Assembly (NCBI GenBank): GCA_013265495.1
Contig: MU058009.1
Location: forward strand, 4,049,780-4,095,159
Direction: 5' to 3'
Source of the DNA: Vicugna vicugna
Lineage: Eukaryota
Length of the DNA stretch: 45,380 bases
In this document: piece by piece, positions 11,543 to 23,896 of the stretch
Layout of the letters: each line of letters opens with the position of its first letter
How positions within the stretch are numbered: position 1 is the first letter of the stretch
Translations under genes and position numbers: made by a program
Notes under the pieces: model-generated
What the model saw: the letters and a program-made list of their open reading frames with translations, nothing else
Databases searched by the model: none
What the model was told of the DNA's origin: nothing

Positions 11543-12234
11543 ATAATTTATTCTGGCTATTAATGTTTTTTTAATATTCTGTGTATTATTCCTTGTTCTA
11601 TTAGACAGAAATGGCGGGGAGCTGGGCTGTGAGGCCCCGCGGGCCCGTGTGGGTGGAGCGCTCTGACACGTGGACCCACAGTGAGCCCTGTTAAGTGGGT
11701 GCGTGTGGCAGGGAGAGGGTGTGGGATGCAGTGAGGCTTCTGGATAGTTTCGTGGGGAGAGGTGAATGATGTAGCAAAGTCATTCATGCATGCTGCAAAA
11801 TTCTTCATCTGAAAGTGACTTCTGGAATCAAGTCTCTTCCCATTTCTCTGGTTATAGACTGACCAAGGCAAGGGGGTGCTTTGCACTTAATACAGGGGAT
11901 GCTTTGCACATAATGCTGTGATAATGTGGTTCTGGGTATAACTCTAGAAATAAATCATAATTTCTTTATACCTGGCATTCCATTTAGAGGGATGGCCCCT
12001 ATGTTAGAGTTATAATGAAGGGCATGAAGTATGGATTAAGGTTATTTTCTAGGGTGTATTCAGCAAACTGTCTCAGTGGGCAGAGGAAAGATGAAATTCT
12101 TTCAGGTTGTGCACAGCCTGTGCTCTGTACCTGACTGCTTTTTGTAGAAGACCAGCGAGGCAAACCTCAGAATAATGCTGCCCGTTCTGTCTAGGTGATA
12201 ACCAGCATTTTGCTCCCCGTTTCGCTAGTGTATA

Positions 12235-13380
12235 TTGTTCATTTATTCATTTATCCAATTACCTAACATCCAGTGAGTGCAGGCATTATTCCAGGTGGTC
12301 GGAATACACAGGCGACCAAGACAGTCCTCACTTTCCTGGAGGCTCCCATGTTAGTGGGAAAAGATGATAAACACACAAGTAAACAAGGGCTGAGAAGAAA
12401 AGGGGCCAGTGAAGTGATGGGAAATGAGTGGTGCAGGGTGGGGTGGGCTGGAATGGACTCTGGAGATGGGAGTTGTTGAACTGAGCTTTGAGGGATGGGA
12501 AGGAGCCAGCCAGGCAGAGTCTGGAAGGAAGGACAGAATTCTAATGAGGAGAAAACAAGTGTGCAGCTTGTGTGACTGCAACCGTCTTGGCGTGGTTGGG
12601 AAGGACTGAGGATGCCGTTGTGGCCGAGCTTTGGGACAAGCGTGACAGTGTGATAAGAGAGGCCAGGTAGGTAGGCAGGCACCAGCTCACGCCCTGCCCT
12701 GCATTTTCTCTGGGCGCCGTGGGAAGGAGTAGGGGTTTTCAGCAAAAGAATATCTTGTGTGTCTATTTCTAAATCGCCCTGAGTGCTGTACGTATAATGC
12801 AGAGGGGCAGGGGTTGAGGAAAAATAAAAGATCACTTTGGAGGTTCTGTGGTCATGCCAGTGAGAGGCAAAGATGGCAGCTTGGACAAAGGATGTGGCAG
12901 TGAGAATAGAGAAAGGCAGATATGGAAACAACGGGTTTTGGAGAACGGTAGGACTTGAGGCTGGCATTCCCCATGAGGACACCTTCCAGGGGTTTGACTT
13001 GAGCACTTTGATGGATTGTGATTCTTTCTACCCACGTGGACAAAGCGGGAGAAGACATAGGTCGGGGGAGGGGAGGAGGAAGCAGGGGTCCTTCTCAGGT
13101 TTACTCAGTGCACGACTTAGAATCAAGGGAGGTCTGCAAGTAGATTTATGATGGTGGAGCTCAGGACAACGCTGAGAGTCAGGGATACACATTGGGGAGA
13201 GATCAGCTTATATGTGTTGCTGAAATCATCAAAATTAGGAGAGGGTGTAGCTGGAGTGCAGGTTCCAGTATTGGTGGCCGAGAAAGGCTGGGGAGTGTCA
13301 GCTGCCAGTCATTAGGCAGGAAACTGGGAAAGCGTGGTATCAAAGTCACCAGAAAAGAAACTGGTCTAAGGAGGGAGTAA
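12235..13380 (-). mobile_element. Long L2 fragment
   Basis: Starts with the L2 tail 'ttcatttattcatttatcc', then 'caggcattattccagg...aagacagtcctcactttcctggagg...gttgaactgagctttgaggga...aaagatcactttgg...ggagctcagga'. Confidence 0.8.
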
Positions 13381-13439
13381 CCGAATTGTGGGATGCCGCC
13401 CACAGCGGGAGTCTGAGAACTTAGAAAACAGGACACATC

Positions 13440-13548
13440 CAAGCTGAACAGCAAGGGTTTACTGCGCAGCACAGGGAGCGGTTTTTCCTCACCTTGTAGT
13501 AAACTGTGATGGGAAAGAATAAAGCAAGACCATGTATATGCACACATA
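13440..13548 (+). mobile_element. Diverged short LINE-1 3' UTR fragment
   Basis: 'gaacagcaagggtttactgcgcagcacagggagc...accttgtagtaaactgtgatgggaaagaat' aligns by eye to the copy at 6041-6221. Confidence 0.65.
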
Positions 13549-13592
13549 TGTGTGTGTGTGTCTCTCTCCCTCTCCCTCTCTCTATCTATATA
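13548..13592. repeat. Compound (TG)n(TC)n(TA)n microsatellite
   Basis: tgtgtgtgtgtgtctctctccctctccctctctctatctatata. Confidence 0.85.
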
Positions 13593-13620
13593 TGTACATG
13601 AAGGATATGAAGGGCTGACA

Positions 13621-13673
13621 AAGGGATTTGAGCATCCTCGGACTTTCGTATCTCTGGGGGGTCCTGGAACCAA
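13621..13673 (+). mobile_element. MER2/Tigger-type DNA transposon terminal fragment
   Basis: 'aagggatttgagcatcctcggactttcgtatctctggggggtcctggaaccaa' resembles the recalled MER2 end (aagggacttgagcatccgcggattttggtatccgcggggggtcctggaaccaa). Confidence 0.7.
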
Positions 13674-14199
13674 GGTCTCTAAGGTGCCAAGACGTGACTC
13701 TATCGAGTTTGATTTGAGGAGACCCACCATAGGCGACCTCATTACCCTGAAGGCTTTTATCTGAATCCTCGCTCTTGTCTAAGTATCTTGTTCTACAGAC
13801 CTGAGCCAAACCAGAGGAAATCTTCTAAACTGTGTGTAGAGCATCTCACTTCTGAGCACCTTCCCCACTGCTTCTGGCTTCCTTGTAGGTGATCCCCACG
13901 GTGTGGGATGGAGAACTCTGAAGAGCTCTGGCTTGTCTTACATCCGGTCTCCAAAGGGAGACCCTTACCTGCCCCTGGGGGATGGTGGTTTCTTATTTTC
14001 ACCTTTGACCTAATGCGAGGTACCACCTGCAACTCCTGTGCACTTCTGTGTCTGTATAATAATATAATATAATACAATACTGTATAATATAATGGAAGAG
14101 CAACATTGTCAGTGGATTGCAGAGGGAGGGCAGTGCAGAGTGCTTCTTGAAGATCAAACAAGTTAAGATGTTACTTGGTGCAGTTTTCTGGACAGATAC

Positions 14200-14709
14200 A
14201 TTATTTATTTATTTTTCTTTTTGTGTATATATTTTTTATTGAAGAATAGTCAGTTTGCATTGTTTGTCAATTTCTGGTGTGCAGCACAATGCTTCAGGCA
14301 TATATGAACATACATATATTTGTTTTCATGTTCTTGTTCACCATAAGTTACTGCAAGATGTTGAATGTAGTTCCCTGTGCTGTATGGTATGACCCTGTTG
14401 ATTATCTATTTTATATATAGTAGTTAGTATCCACAAATCTCGAACTCTCAATTTATCCCTTCCCACTCCCTTCCCCTTCTGGTAACTGTTAAGTTTGTTT
14501 TCTATGTCTTTGTGGCATATACATGCAATGGAATACTACTCAGCCATAAAAAAGAATAAAGTAATGCCATTTGCAGCAACATGGATGGACCTGGAGATTG
14601 TCATACTAAGCCAGAAAGAGAAAGAAAAATATGATAACACTTACATGTGGAATCTAAAAAAAATGACACAAATGAACTTATTTACAAAATAGAAACAGAC
14701 TCACAGACA
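14200..14709 (-). mobile_element. LINE-1 insertion with 5' inversion (twin priming) and target-site duplication
   Basis: 14200-14508 is an antisense 3' end with T-tail; 14511-14709 is a sense ORF2-end/UTR piece ([23 protein letters not shown]); TSD tggacagatac at 14189-14199 and 14710-14720. Confidence 0.92.
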
Positions 14710-17700
14710 TGGACAGATACTTTCAAGTTTACTGGGTGGGGGCCTGTGTTTACTTGGTTGTCCCAAGTGTTGTACAGACAATACCAAGTGTACACACGAG
14801 CCGATTTCCCTGCACAGCGTACATGCTGTTGCCTGCCATTCAATTATCAGGAAGTGCCTTGCAGACCTATTTCTCTTAACTCGAGTCTCAGAAGGTATAG
14901 ACACTTTTGTCTCAAATGATTGTGCCAAAGCTTTCAGGAATGTGTTCTAATTTTATCTCTTATGTAACTGTTTTTAAGAGACAGAATGTCCTTTTCTGAT
15001 TCTGGGTATGTTTCCTGGAGTGCTTGAGTACCTAACACCAGACAGACACAGGGCCAGTCACTCTGTATCCGCACACATTTACATGTACAACAGGGATTTG
15101 TTGCTGAATCTGGCCTAGCGTCGGAATATTGCCACATCTTTGAAACATGAAAATTATTTAAATGAGTTGACCAACCTTGTTTTGATGACATAATCAGTTT
15201 ATGAGTCACAAAAATTTTTTAAACATTTCCTTGATGAGTGTGGATGCAAGTTACCAAAATGTTTTATTGAAGTGAACCCATCCCACCAAATACACCAAAA
15301 GTTTATTTGTAATTGAAACTTTTGCCCAGAAGGCTAAGTTCACAGGACAACGGCGGGAACACAGCCTGTGGAAGGTTCCAGGGTAGAGGAGAACTCTGAA
15401 GAGGCTAAAGAGATGAACGGCACACTTTATCATTTCTCATGCACAGTGTTGGTTTTCACACCCTTTTTAAAAGGCAGTAACTCATAAATCCATCAGTCTG
15501 GTTCCACTCACTGACTGGCACTTTCCAGTTTGTATTTGTGGGCAGAGTGGAAACTCATTAGCTCGGAGCTGGGGCTGCATCCTGACCCCTCCTTCGGGGA
15601 GCAGGGCCAGTACTGGGAAAGGAGCTGGATGGGGATGTGGGTCCTGTCTCTCCACTCTAGAGCTGGTGTGACCTCCGGCAAATTAGCAAATCACTTCCTT
15701 CCATTTTCTTGTTGGTAATCGTTTCTGTGGGTGAAGGTTGCAGGTGAGTGTGCCCCACGGAGGTCTCAGCGCAGAAGCACCTGGCCCTGGGGTTGCCCAG
15801 CCTCAGTGTTGTCCCCATGTCATTCCCTACAGGGCCAGGTCCCCTCCCTCCGTCTAATCCAGCCCCTCTTCTACCTGGGGGAGAGGGAGAGCCACGGACC
15901 ACAACTGGGCCCCCTCGTGGGGCAGGTGCTGTGCGGGGATCCCGCTTACGTGAGCTCAGGACTGTGAGGGTCACAGCTGATCACCTGGGACTCAAACCCA
16001 AGCCTCCCTGAGTCCTGCGTCCCTGCTCTTTTTGACTGAACCATTCTGGGCCCTCCACTGGACATGGGCTCATGGCTTCTGGCATCCGTGTAGTGCTTTC
16101 CAGGCGTTTCCTCCTGGTCCCTTTGCTGACCCCTCTCCCCTGAGACTGTAAGTGTCTGCAGAGCAGGGAGCGCGCGTCTGGCTTCTGCATCCCTGGAGCG
16201 CGGCGTGGCTCCTGGCCCCCAGCATCGTGGAACAGGGGCAGGTGAATGAAAGACAGACTTTCACATCACTCCTGCCACGAGCCCAAGCAGGGTCGTGAGG
16301 ATGAGGAGAAGGCTCGCTCAGCACCTGATGCAGCCCAGCACACGCGGGCTCTTACTGTTATTTCAGGGGCCAGGCATCATCCACGTGGAGTGAGCAAAAC
16401 CAAACCAAAAAAAAAAAACAAAACACACACAACAACAGCGAAATGGATTTGAGCTCTCAGCCCAGCTCTTGTGTTTCCACTTGGCTCCACTGCCCTTCAG
16501 TCTGTGTGAAGTGCAGATCCATTCAAATGGGCAGGTGCTGGCTGCATAAGAATCCGCGTGAAGGAGCACACTCCTTGCTGAGCCTCATCCCGTGTTGTAT
16601 AACTGACTCTGCTTCCTCTGCTTGCGTCCTTCCCTTCCCCGCCGTCCCCTCCCGTCTGCGGACATTTGTCAATTATCTGCTTCATGCTACGGTTTTATTG
16701 TTTGCCGGAGATGGAAAAAAAAAACAGTAAAGTGAAGAAACCTACCATCTTATGGGAAGATGGGCACTTAAACAGCTCGCTGTGAAGGAGATGGGGAGAG
16801 GCAGGCAGAGGCAGGTACCAGCGGCTCTGCGCAAACAGAGGGAGGGCGGCTGAGTCGGGCGGCGTGCCTCGCTGCGGCGGTGCACGGCTTCCGATCCCAG
16901 GGAACCAGCGCCGTGCAGGTTCCTTCCCTACTCATGCCATGGCCGCTGCAGGGGCCGCGGGCCCCTGGGTGGCTTCCTCCAGGTGGTGGCTTGGGACCTG
17001 GTTTCTTTCTGTTGTGCGGCTCATTTGTGCCGGAGCCCTTGCCTCCTCGCAGTGGGCAGGACGGCGCGGGGAGAGACTCGCGCAGACCTTTTGGGCCCGG
17101 GCCCTGGAAACGGAGCCCAGAACTGTAGCTCGTTCCCGCTCCGAGGCAGAGGGCTGGGAGCAGGCGCCCCTGGGCTGGGCCCAGGAGGGAAGAGATGGCG
17201 GTTTGGCGGACACATGACCCTGTGCACAGGGAACGGTTATTTCCGCTGAGAGTGGGAGCAGGAGCCCGGGGACCCAGGAAGACTCTGCAGGGGCCCACCC
17301 TTGCCTCTGCCCTTGAAGCAGGCGTGGGGCTTAGCCATGGGGGAGGTGGCGGGATGTCCCTGGCAGAGACTCGAGAGCCCTGGGCCTGTGCCGACCAGCT
17401 TCGTCACAGTCGGGGGTGGAGTCGGTAGGTGAAGGCATCTCAGCCAGCATCCTCCAGTCCTCTGCCTGCCCCTCCGTTCCCCCGTCCCACCTTGCGGTGG
17501 GTATTCCTCATGGTGGTCACCCAGCGTCCAGACCCCTTTCCTGTTAGAGGAGACCCTCTGTTTTGTGTGCCCCGGACGGGCCGTGGGTCCGTCTCCCCTC
17601 TGGACGCCTTGCTCACATGTGCCCTGCTCATCCCCTGGCGCCGAGGGTGTGGACACAAGATCTAGGCTCAGAGTAGCCAAAGCCACAGCCCAGGTGTCAA

Positions 17701-17861
17701 CTCTGGGCTGGCGACACAAGGGAGAAGGGGCAGCTAGAGGCCAGCGACACTGGGGTGGCGGGGGCGGCGCTAAGGGCTCTGAGCCGTAACAAAGGCTCCA
17801 GGTGCTTCTGATGAATGGTCCTGTTTGAAAATCAGCACTTTAACCTTTCTCCTTGTGAGTT

Positions 17862-17980
17862 CGCCCTCAGAGTTTCTGATTCAGGAGGTCTGGGGTGGCT
17901 CCCAGGATTTTGCATGTCTGACCAGTTCCCAGATAATGCCTGGCACTGCTGGCCTGGGGACCCCACCTGGAGAGCCTCTG
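17862..17980. mobile_element. MER5A (hAT-Charlie) fragment
   Basis: 'cagagtttctgattcaggaggtctggggtgg...ttttgcatgtctgaccagttcccagataatgc...tgctggcctggggaccccacctggagagcctctg'. Confidence 0.8.
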
Positions 17981-20959
17981 TCCTGCCACTGTACCCCGAA
18001 AATATAAAGAATAGAGCAGAGAGGGAGGAGGGACATGCAGACTCTCCACCCAGGATGGAAGAGATCGGCGGGGGCAGCGGGAGGGCGTACGGCCGCAGCT
18101 CCTCAGCCTCCGGTCCCCCTTTGCCCTCGGTGCTCTTCCCTCCCACTTCGGCCCCAGCCCCCCCCCATCACACTGCCCCACTTCCCGTGGGTAGAAATAT
18201 TTAGAAACGCAACTTTCTTTGTTTCTTCCTGTACAGGTGTCAGCTCCGCCACTAGAAATGTCTTGCCAGGTTAAGTCACAAATAAGCCAAGAATACCCTT
18301 CAAAATGCAGATGAGCAAAAGCACAGCCCCCGAGTCTGGCTGTTCACGTCCATGGTGACGGCCCAGAGCCGCTCTCTTTACTGCCTGGCAGACAGTCTAA
18401 TTCTGACTCACATTTTTCTAAAAGGGGAAAAAAAATTACCTGTTAGGCTGATATTCCTTAAAGAAGATTCTCTCTTAGAGGAACTTTATAAAAGCCATAT
18501 TTGGGCATTATTTTTATGCGAAATCTGTGCTCTTCCTGCTCATAAACTTTTCCAAAACAATTCTGCCCCCCTTTTTGTGAGATCTTAGAAAAGGGCTGAT
18601 GATTTTAAAATGTCATATGTGACACGGACGTGCTTTTGGTAGCAGACAAATGCCACTGGCTCGTACGAAGACAATTTGCCTGGAAAATATGAAGTGCTAT
18701 ATATCCAGAATTACTAGGCACAGAGTAAAATTCTCCATTTGTTTAAGAAGAAAAAAATCACCAGGCACTGACTGGCGGTAGCGCAGTTCTGGGCTGTGGC
18801 TGATTAATCCTCCTGCTCATCTTGCATTCGACACAGGAGGAAGGCGCTGCTGGGTAGAGGTGAGTTCTTAATGAGCCGTGTTTGGGAGGCCCCCCTGTTG
18901 CAGGGGAGCAAGGGCAGTTCTCTGGTCCCCACACAAGACGTCCGGAGCGCACTTGGCAGTTTAAACATCCACATCCTTGCCCCAGCTTTGCTTCCACACC
19001 AGGAACAATGGTATCAGCTTGTAATCTCAGCGTTTTGCCCTTGAAATAAACTTCTGCCTGCTGCTCTGCTGCTCTGCTGCTCTGATATCCAGTTGCTCAC
19101 TCCTCACTAATTCGAAATCGGTCCCTGTGGGTCGGCACCCCCTCCATCTGAATTGCACAGTGCACTTCATCTCCTCCTGTTTAAAATGAGGACAAGTGTG
19201 CCTTCAGTGTTCAAGAGTTGGAAGCTGCTTCAGGGATAGGTATTTGCAGGCTCATGAATTATTTATTTAGGCAAATGTACACAGAGTGTCTATGTGTTGG
19301 GGTGTGTGCCTGATCACACTCGAAGGGGCGCCGTGGAAATGTGTCATTCCACGGCATCACCGCTTTGACATGTGCGGCGTGTAGTATCGAAACACCACTC
19401 TTGGGATGGAGCAGGGTTAGCTCAATTTGGACTCATTTGGCTCTCTTGATGCAAGACTAAGTAAATGCATTTTATCATCCCCCCGCTGCTGTGTAAGGAT
19501 AGAGCCCAGCCTGGATCTGTTTGGGCTTCATGCCTGGAGTTTTGAACTAAACACAGTCCCATTGGTTCCCATCAGTGTGTTGTAGGATCTCACTGTGTGT
19601 TTTTGTTTTGTTTTCTTCTTTCGCCACGTGCAAATCCAGGGAGATAGCGCTATATGCTTTAAAGGTCTGTAGCATTTTCCTTATAGAGAGATTCACAAGA
19701 TAGTATAAATCAAGTCTGAGTTTTAAATATTTGTGTAAGAAAATGTCTTTCTTTTCCTGTTCCCGCAGCATCTCCCATTATGCACGCACACGCACATGCG
19801 CACATGGCCCGGGGTCTGCTAACGCTTAGCGATGCATTCAGGTGTTTAATTTGAAGTTTAATTTGCAGGAGTGAGAGCCTGAGCGTCCTCGCAGACGTGG
19901 GCGAGTCCAGCCTCGTGCCCGCTTGGAACCCTGAGTTCCACCAGGCGTGGCTGGGGGCAGATTCTCGATGTCCTGTGTGTCCTCACCTGTCCCTTCTGTC
20001 CACTGGCGGTTAAAGGCAGGAGTGAGAGGCTGTAGAATGAGTCATCCAACGCACGTGAGCAGGAACTGCTCTCTACTTGTCATAAGAGGTGGAATACAAG
20101 AGGAAGAGGTTAACCAGGTGTTCAAGTGTTCACCTCAATATTCAACATTTCCAAGATAATTTGAGGAATTAACCTCACAACGAATCATCAGCCAGCCAAT
20201 GTTTGTCCAAAAAGAATAGCCAGATTGCACACATTCCTCGGTGAATTGGCCCTGAGGGGTAGCCTCTGAGTTGTGCAGTGACCTTTTGGTACCCTCCCGA
20301 AGTCCCACGTGGAAGGGAAAATAGAATTGCCCGTGATGGTGCGTCTGCCCTGAAACCTCCAGGAGACAGGAGTATTAAAATGAATAGATGGCGTCTGGCA
20401 GATTGCTTCCTGCCCGTGATAAGCAATCTTGCCTATTAAGTGTCTCCCGGTGCAGGCAGATACTTACAGTCCACGCACGGCCACCAGCACAGTGTGGGAT
20501 GATTGACTGAATGCATCTGTACTTTGTATACAGCTAATGAACTGGGGACGGTTGCTTCAGAGGAAGTCATAGCCAGATTCTGGCCAGAAGGAGAATGAGA
20601 AAGTGGTCCAGGGAATCGGGGCCGAGGGGGAGATAAATCAGGTGGATGGACGTTGTAAACAGGTCTGGGATGCTGGGGCTTGCAGGCAGCGTGAGAGGCT
20701 CGCGGGAAGCAGGGGGCAATGAGGAGACGGACCTCTGATGGATGCACCCTTTGCAGGCGTGGGCTGGGCAGCCATATGTGCTTTTTCGAAGACAATCTTC
20801 TTTCTGAATCCTGGAAATATTTGCCTGAAAATATGTTAGAAATTCTCCCAAGGCCCTTATTTTAGATAGAAGGCCCCTAGCTATAATAAACTGCCTCAAA
20901 ATTCAAACAGGCAGATTTCTTCACCTTTGTGGTTCTCTAAAAGAAAAAAAAAGTTACTT

Positions 20960-22300
20960 ATTATTGTTTAAAAGAAGAAAAAGAAAAAAAAAGGAAGAAA
21001 AAGTCCCATGCACATTATAAAAACCCAACTGGTTCAGTATTTGCAGAATTAAAAAGGGAGAGTTTACTTGGAGCGGTCCTCTCCTTCTCCAGGCGTCTGT
21101 AAGTTTGCGAGCATTTTCACATTAATTTCTACCCGAATGCGATGACTACAGTATGAATCGTACGCAAGTGGAATGGGTTACACATATTGATCGGTGTTTT
21201 CTTTCATTTATAAGCAGCGTGTTGGCTATGTGCGTCCTTGTCAGCATGAATAAATTAATCTTGCTTCTCTCTCCTGCGCGAACACTATTCTATTTTCTCA
21301 GAGGCCATACAGTGTGTCACCAGTTCCTTATTAATTCACGTGCAGGTGATTTCTCTTTCTGCTGCTCTGCCAGTCCAGGCCACCAGGAACATCTCACTGC
21401 ACACACGTGTCTGCAGAAGGCAGGCTTCTAGATAGGGGGTTGCTAAGACCAATGGTATACGCAGTAAAAGTTTAAGAAATATAGCAAAATTGCCAAAAGA
21501 GAGGTGTTGTAATGTGTGTGCCCACTGACTGTGTGTGGGAGTTTCCAGAAAACCTAGCCATTTTCAAAGGTTTGACATTTGCCAGACTGGTGGGTGAGAA
21601 ACGGTTAATTTGCATTGCTTTAGCCGTAAAGTTAAGCTGCTTTTCATGTAGTTCTGGGCATTTTTACTTCATTATGTTTGCTTGTTTGTATGGTTTGCCC
21701 CTTTTTCTGTTCTTTTTCGTCTTCCTGATTGGCTTGCAGGAGTGCATCATGTGTGAAGGTGGTTTGACCATGGCCGTGTGTGCTATAAATGACTTTCCAT
21801 TGTGTTGTTTGCTGTCTTACTTTGTTGATCAAATATATTTTTCTATATACGCTGTTTCATTTGTATGTAGTCAGAAAGCATTGCCTTTATGACTTCTGAG
21901 TTCATGGTTGGAGAGACCCTCCCCTTCCCTGCCTCAAGATACTGAACAGTATGAATTATTTTCCTGATGGTTTCTTACAATTCAATTTTTCTATTTAAAT
22001 TGTTGATCCATCTGAAGTGTATTTTATGTCAGGCGGGGAGTCGCACTTTCCTTCTGTGTAAATAGGCTCACGGTCCCAGCGGCGTCTACTACGTCATCTG
22101 CCTCCTCCTCCTGATTGGAAATGCCATCTTTATTGTGTGAAAACGGCTGTCTGTACCTGCAGCAAACTCCGGACTCCGATTTCACTGATTTGCCAGACCG
22201 TCGCTGGCCCCGTCCTCCGCTGTGGTTACGTAATTGCAGTTTCATAAACCGTGTCAACACTGGTCGGGGACAGTTCTGCACACTGAGTCCTCCTCAGATT
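20960..22300 (-). mobile_element. Old L1M (L1ME-like) fragment, about 1.3 kb
   Basis: 'tagcaaaattgccaaaagagg...tttgccagactggtgggtgagaaacgg...ttaatttgcatt...atttaaattgttgatccatctgaagtgtattttatg...taattgcagtttcataa'. Confidence 0.7.
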
Positions 22301-22329
22301 TTCCCTAATGTGACCTGGGGCCAAGTCAA

Positions 22330-23110
22330 GGCGACAGGAGGACCGTGTGGTGCCTCCGTGCGTTGCTCGCGGCCCCCTTGGCCGTGCTGCCTCCTCAGAG
22401 CCTCCTCCCCTCCGGCCGGGACGGTGGACACTCACCCGGGGAGCCCGGCGGGCTGTCTCTGACCCCGTGCGGGGCACGCCGCGGGCCCCGCTGTGTGGCC
22501 TCTCGCCCGTCGCTGCGCTCCAGGTGCAGCCGGCTGCACGGTGGGTTCCGCCTTTGGGCTGCGTAGCTCTTGCTCATCCGGTGCTCTCCCGGGATGTCCT
22601 CCCCTCTGTGGCGCCGATGAGCCCGGCTCACCCTACCTGACTTTGCTGTCCGGCCTGACCCCCCGCGTTAAGTGTGAGATCCCTTCGGGGTCCACGTGAG
22701 GAAGTCTCTCTGCCTGTGGAGTCCGTTCTGCCCCTGTGATCTGTAGGGTCTGCATCCGTCGGCCTCCCGTGTCCCCGCGCTGCCTCTGTAGTCTCCGTGC
22801 GTCCCCGTGCCTGGCCCTGGCCGAGGGCCGGTGGCTCAGAGCACTGAGAAAGTGGTAGAGGAGGGACGGAAGGACTGTGGGAGGGAGGGGGTGAGCGGGG
22901 TGCTGCCAGCGCGCACCAAGCGCCTGGGGTGAGCGTCTGTACGTCTGGGGGACGCGGGGCCCCGAGCTCCGTCCTCGACTCCGGTTGCGCGATCCTGTCT
23001 GAGCGCGAGAGCGTCCCGGGCCGCGTCCCCTCAGCCTGAGCTGTTCCGTTACCCACGGGGGGAGACGCTGGCGGCCGGCTAATCGCCCAGCCTTTGGCCT
23101 CAGTCGGACC
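22330..23110. other. CpG-rich (CpG-island-like) segment
   Basis: Dense CpG and high GC by eye; includes G4-type GGGAGGGAGGGGGTGAGCGGGG at 22879-22900. Confidence 0.55.
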
Positions 23111-23169
23111 TGAAGGTGAGTGGTGGCCAGACCCCCTCCTGGTTTGCCGTTAGTTCACTTAATCTTTTT

Positions 23170-23285
23170 TAAGTCTCAGTTTCTCCGTCTTAAGTCTTAG
23201 GACAACAGTGAGGTTGAAATGGAAGAGTGCGGCGAAAGCCGATGACGCAGAGCCTGGTGTGAAGTGAGCGCCCGATAAATCACGT
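23170..23285 (+). mobile_element. MIR fragment
   Basis: 'agtctcagtttctccgtct...gtgaggttgaaatgg...cagagcctggtgtgaagtgagcgcccgataaat'. Confidence 0.65.
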
Positions 23286-23464
23286 CCGCTCCTGCCGAGG
23301 GAGCTTGCTCATCGTATTGTCATTATTACTCTCTTCGTCGGTGGTGAGAGGATAAATGCAGTTACATCTTTGGCCTTAAGACCCCGGGTGCTACATGAGC
23401 AAGATATTATAATATGTATGTATGTAAACACACACGTATGTGTATATACATGCACACTTATATA

Positions 23465-23466
<2 letters not shown>

Positions 23467-23498
<32 letters not shown>
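23467..23498. repeat. (AC)16 microsatellite
   Basis: Perfect ac run. Confidence 0.95.
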
Positions 23499-23501
<3 letters not shown>

Positions 23502-23689
23502 TGCACACACAGTCCATTATATCCAGAGAACTGTTTCGGAGGACCTCACAGAACTTAGCCATCTTTAATGCCAAAACATCACTGCTCCTCCAATGATGGA
23601 TTGCTGTTGACAAAGGAGAGAGCGAAACTCAGAAGGTTGACTAGCTTTGCGTCTAGAAAGACCGATTGCTTGAACAAAAATCAGTGCCT

Positions 23690-23880
23690 CCAGCTCAACT
23701 CTGTAGCCTCGGGGCCTTTGCACTTGCTGTTTCCTCTGCCTGTAAATATCTTTCCCGGGATGTCCCAGTGGCTCTTTCTTTCAAAAGAGCTGTGTACCAG
23801 GAAGGCCTCCACTGACCACCAGCATAACAGCACCCCCGCCCTGACTCGGAACAGTTCCTTAGCACTTACGACCCCTAGAC
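23690..23880 (+). mobile_element. L2 fragment
   Basis: 'cctcggggcctttgcacttgctgtttcctctgcctg...aggaaggcctccactgaccacc...ttccttagcactta'. Confidence 0.65.
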
Positions 23881-23896
23881 ATGCCCATATATTCCT

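Noticed and set aside
12263..13006. Longest ORF (247 aa, - strand)
   Set aside because: Lies entirely within a decayed L2, has no recognisable domain and no supporting exon structure.
13969..14052. Minus-strand exon-like segment ending CAG|gtaagg
   Set aside because: The acceptor derives from an (ATATA)n simple repeat and the peptide is unrecognisable.
19741..19845. Strong acceptor tctttcttttcctgttcccgcag
   Set aside because: No good donor downstream and no sustained reading frame.
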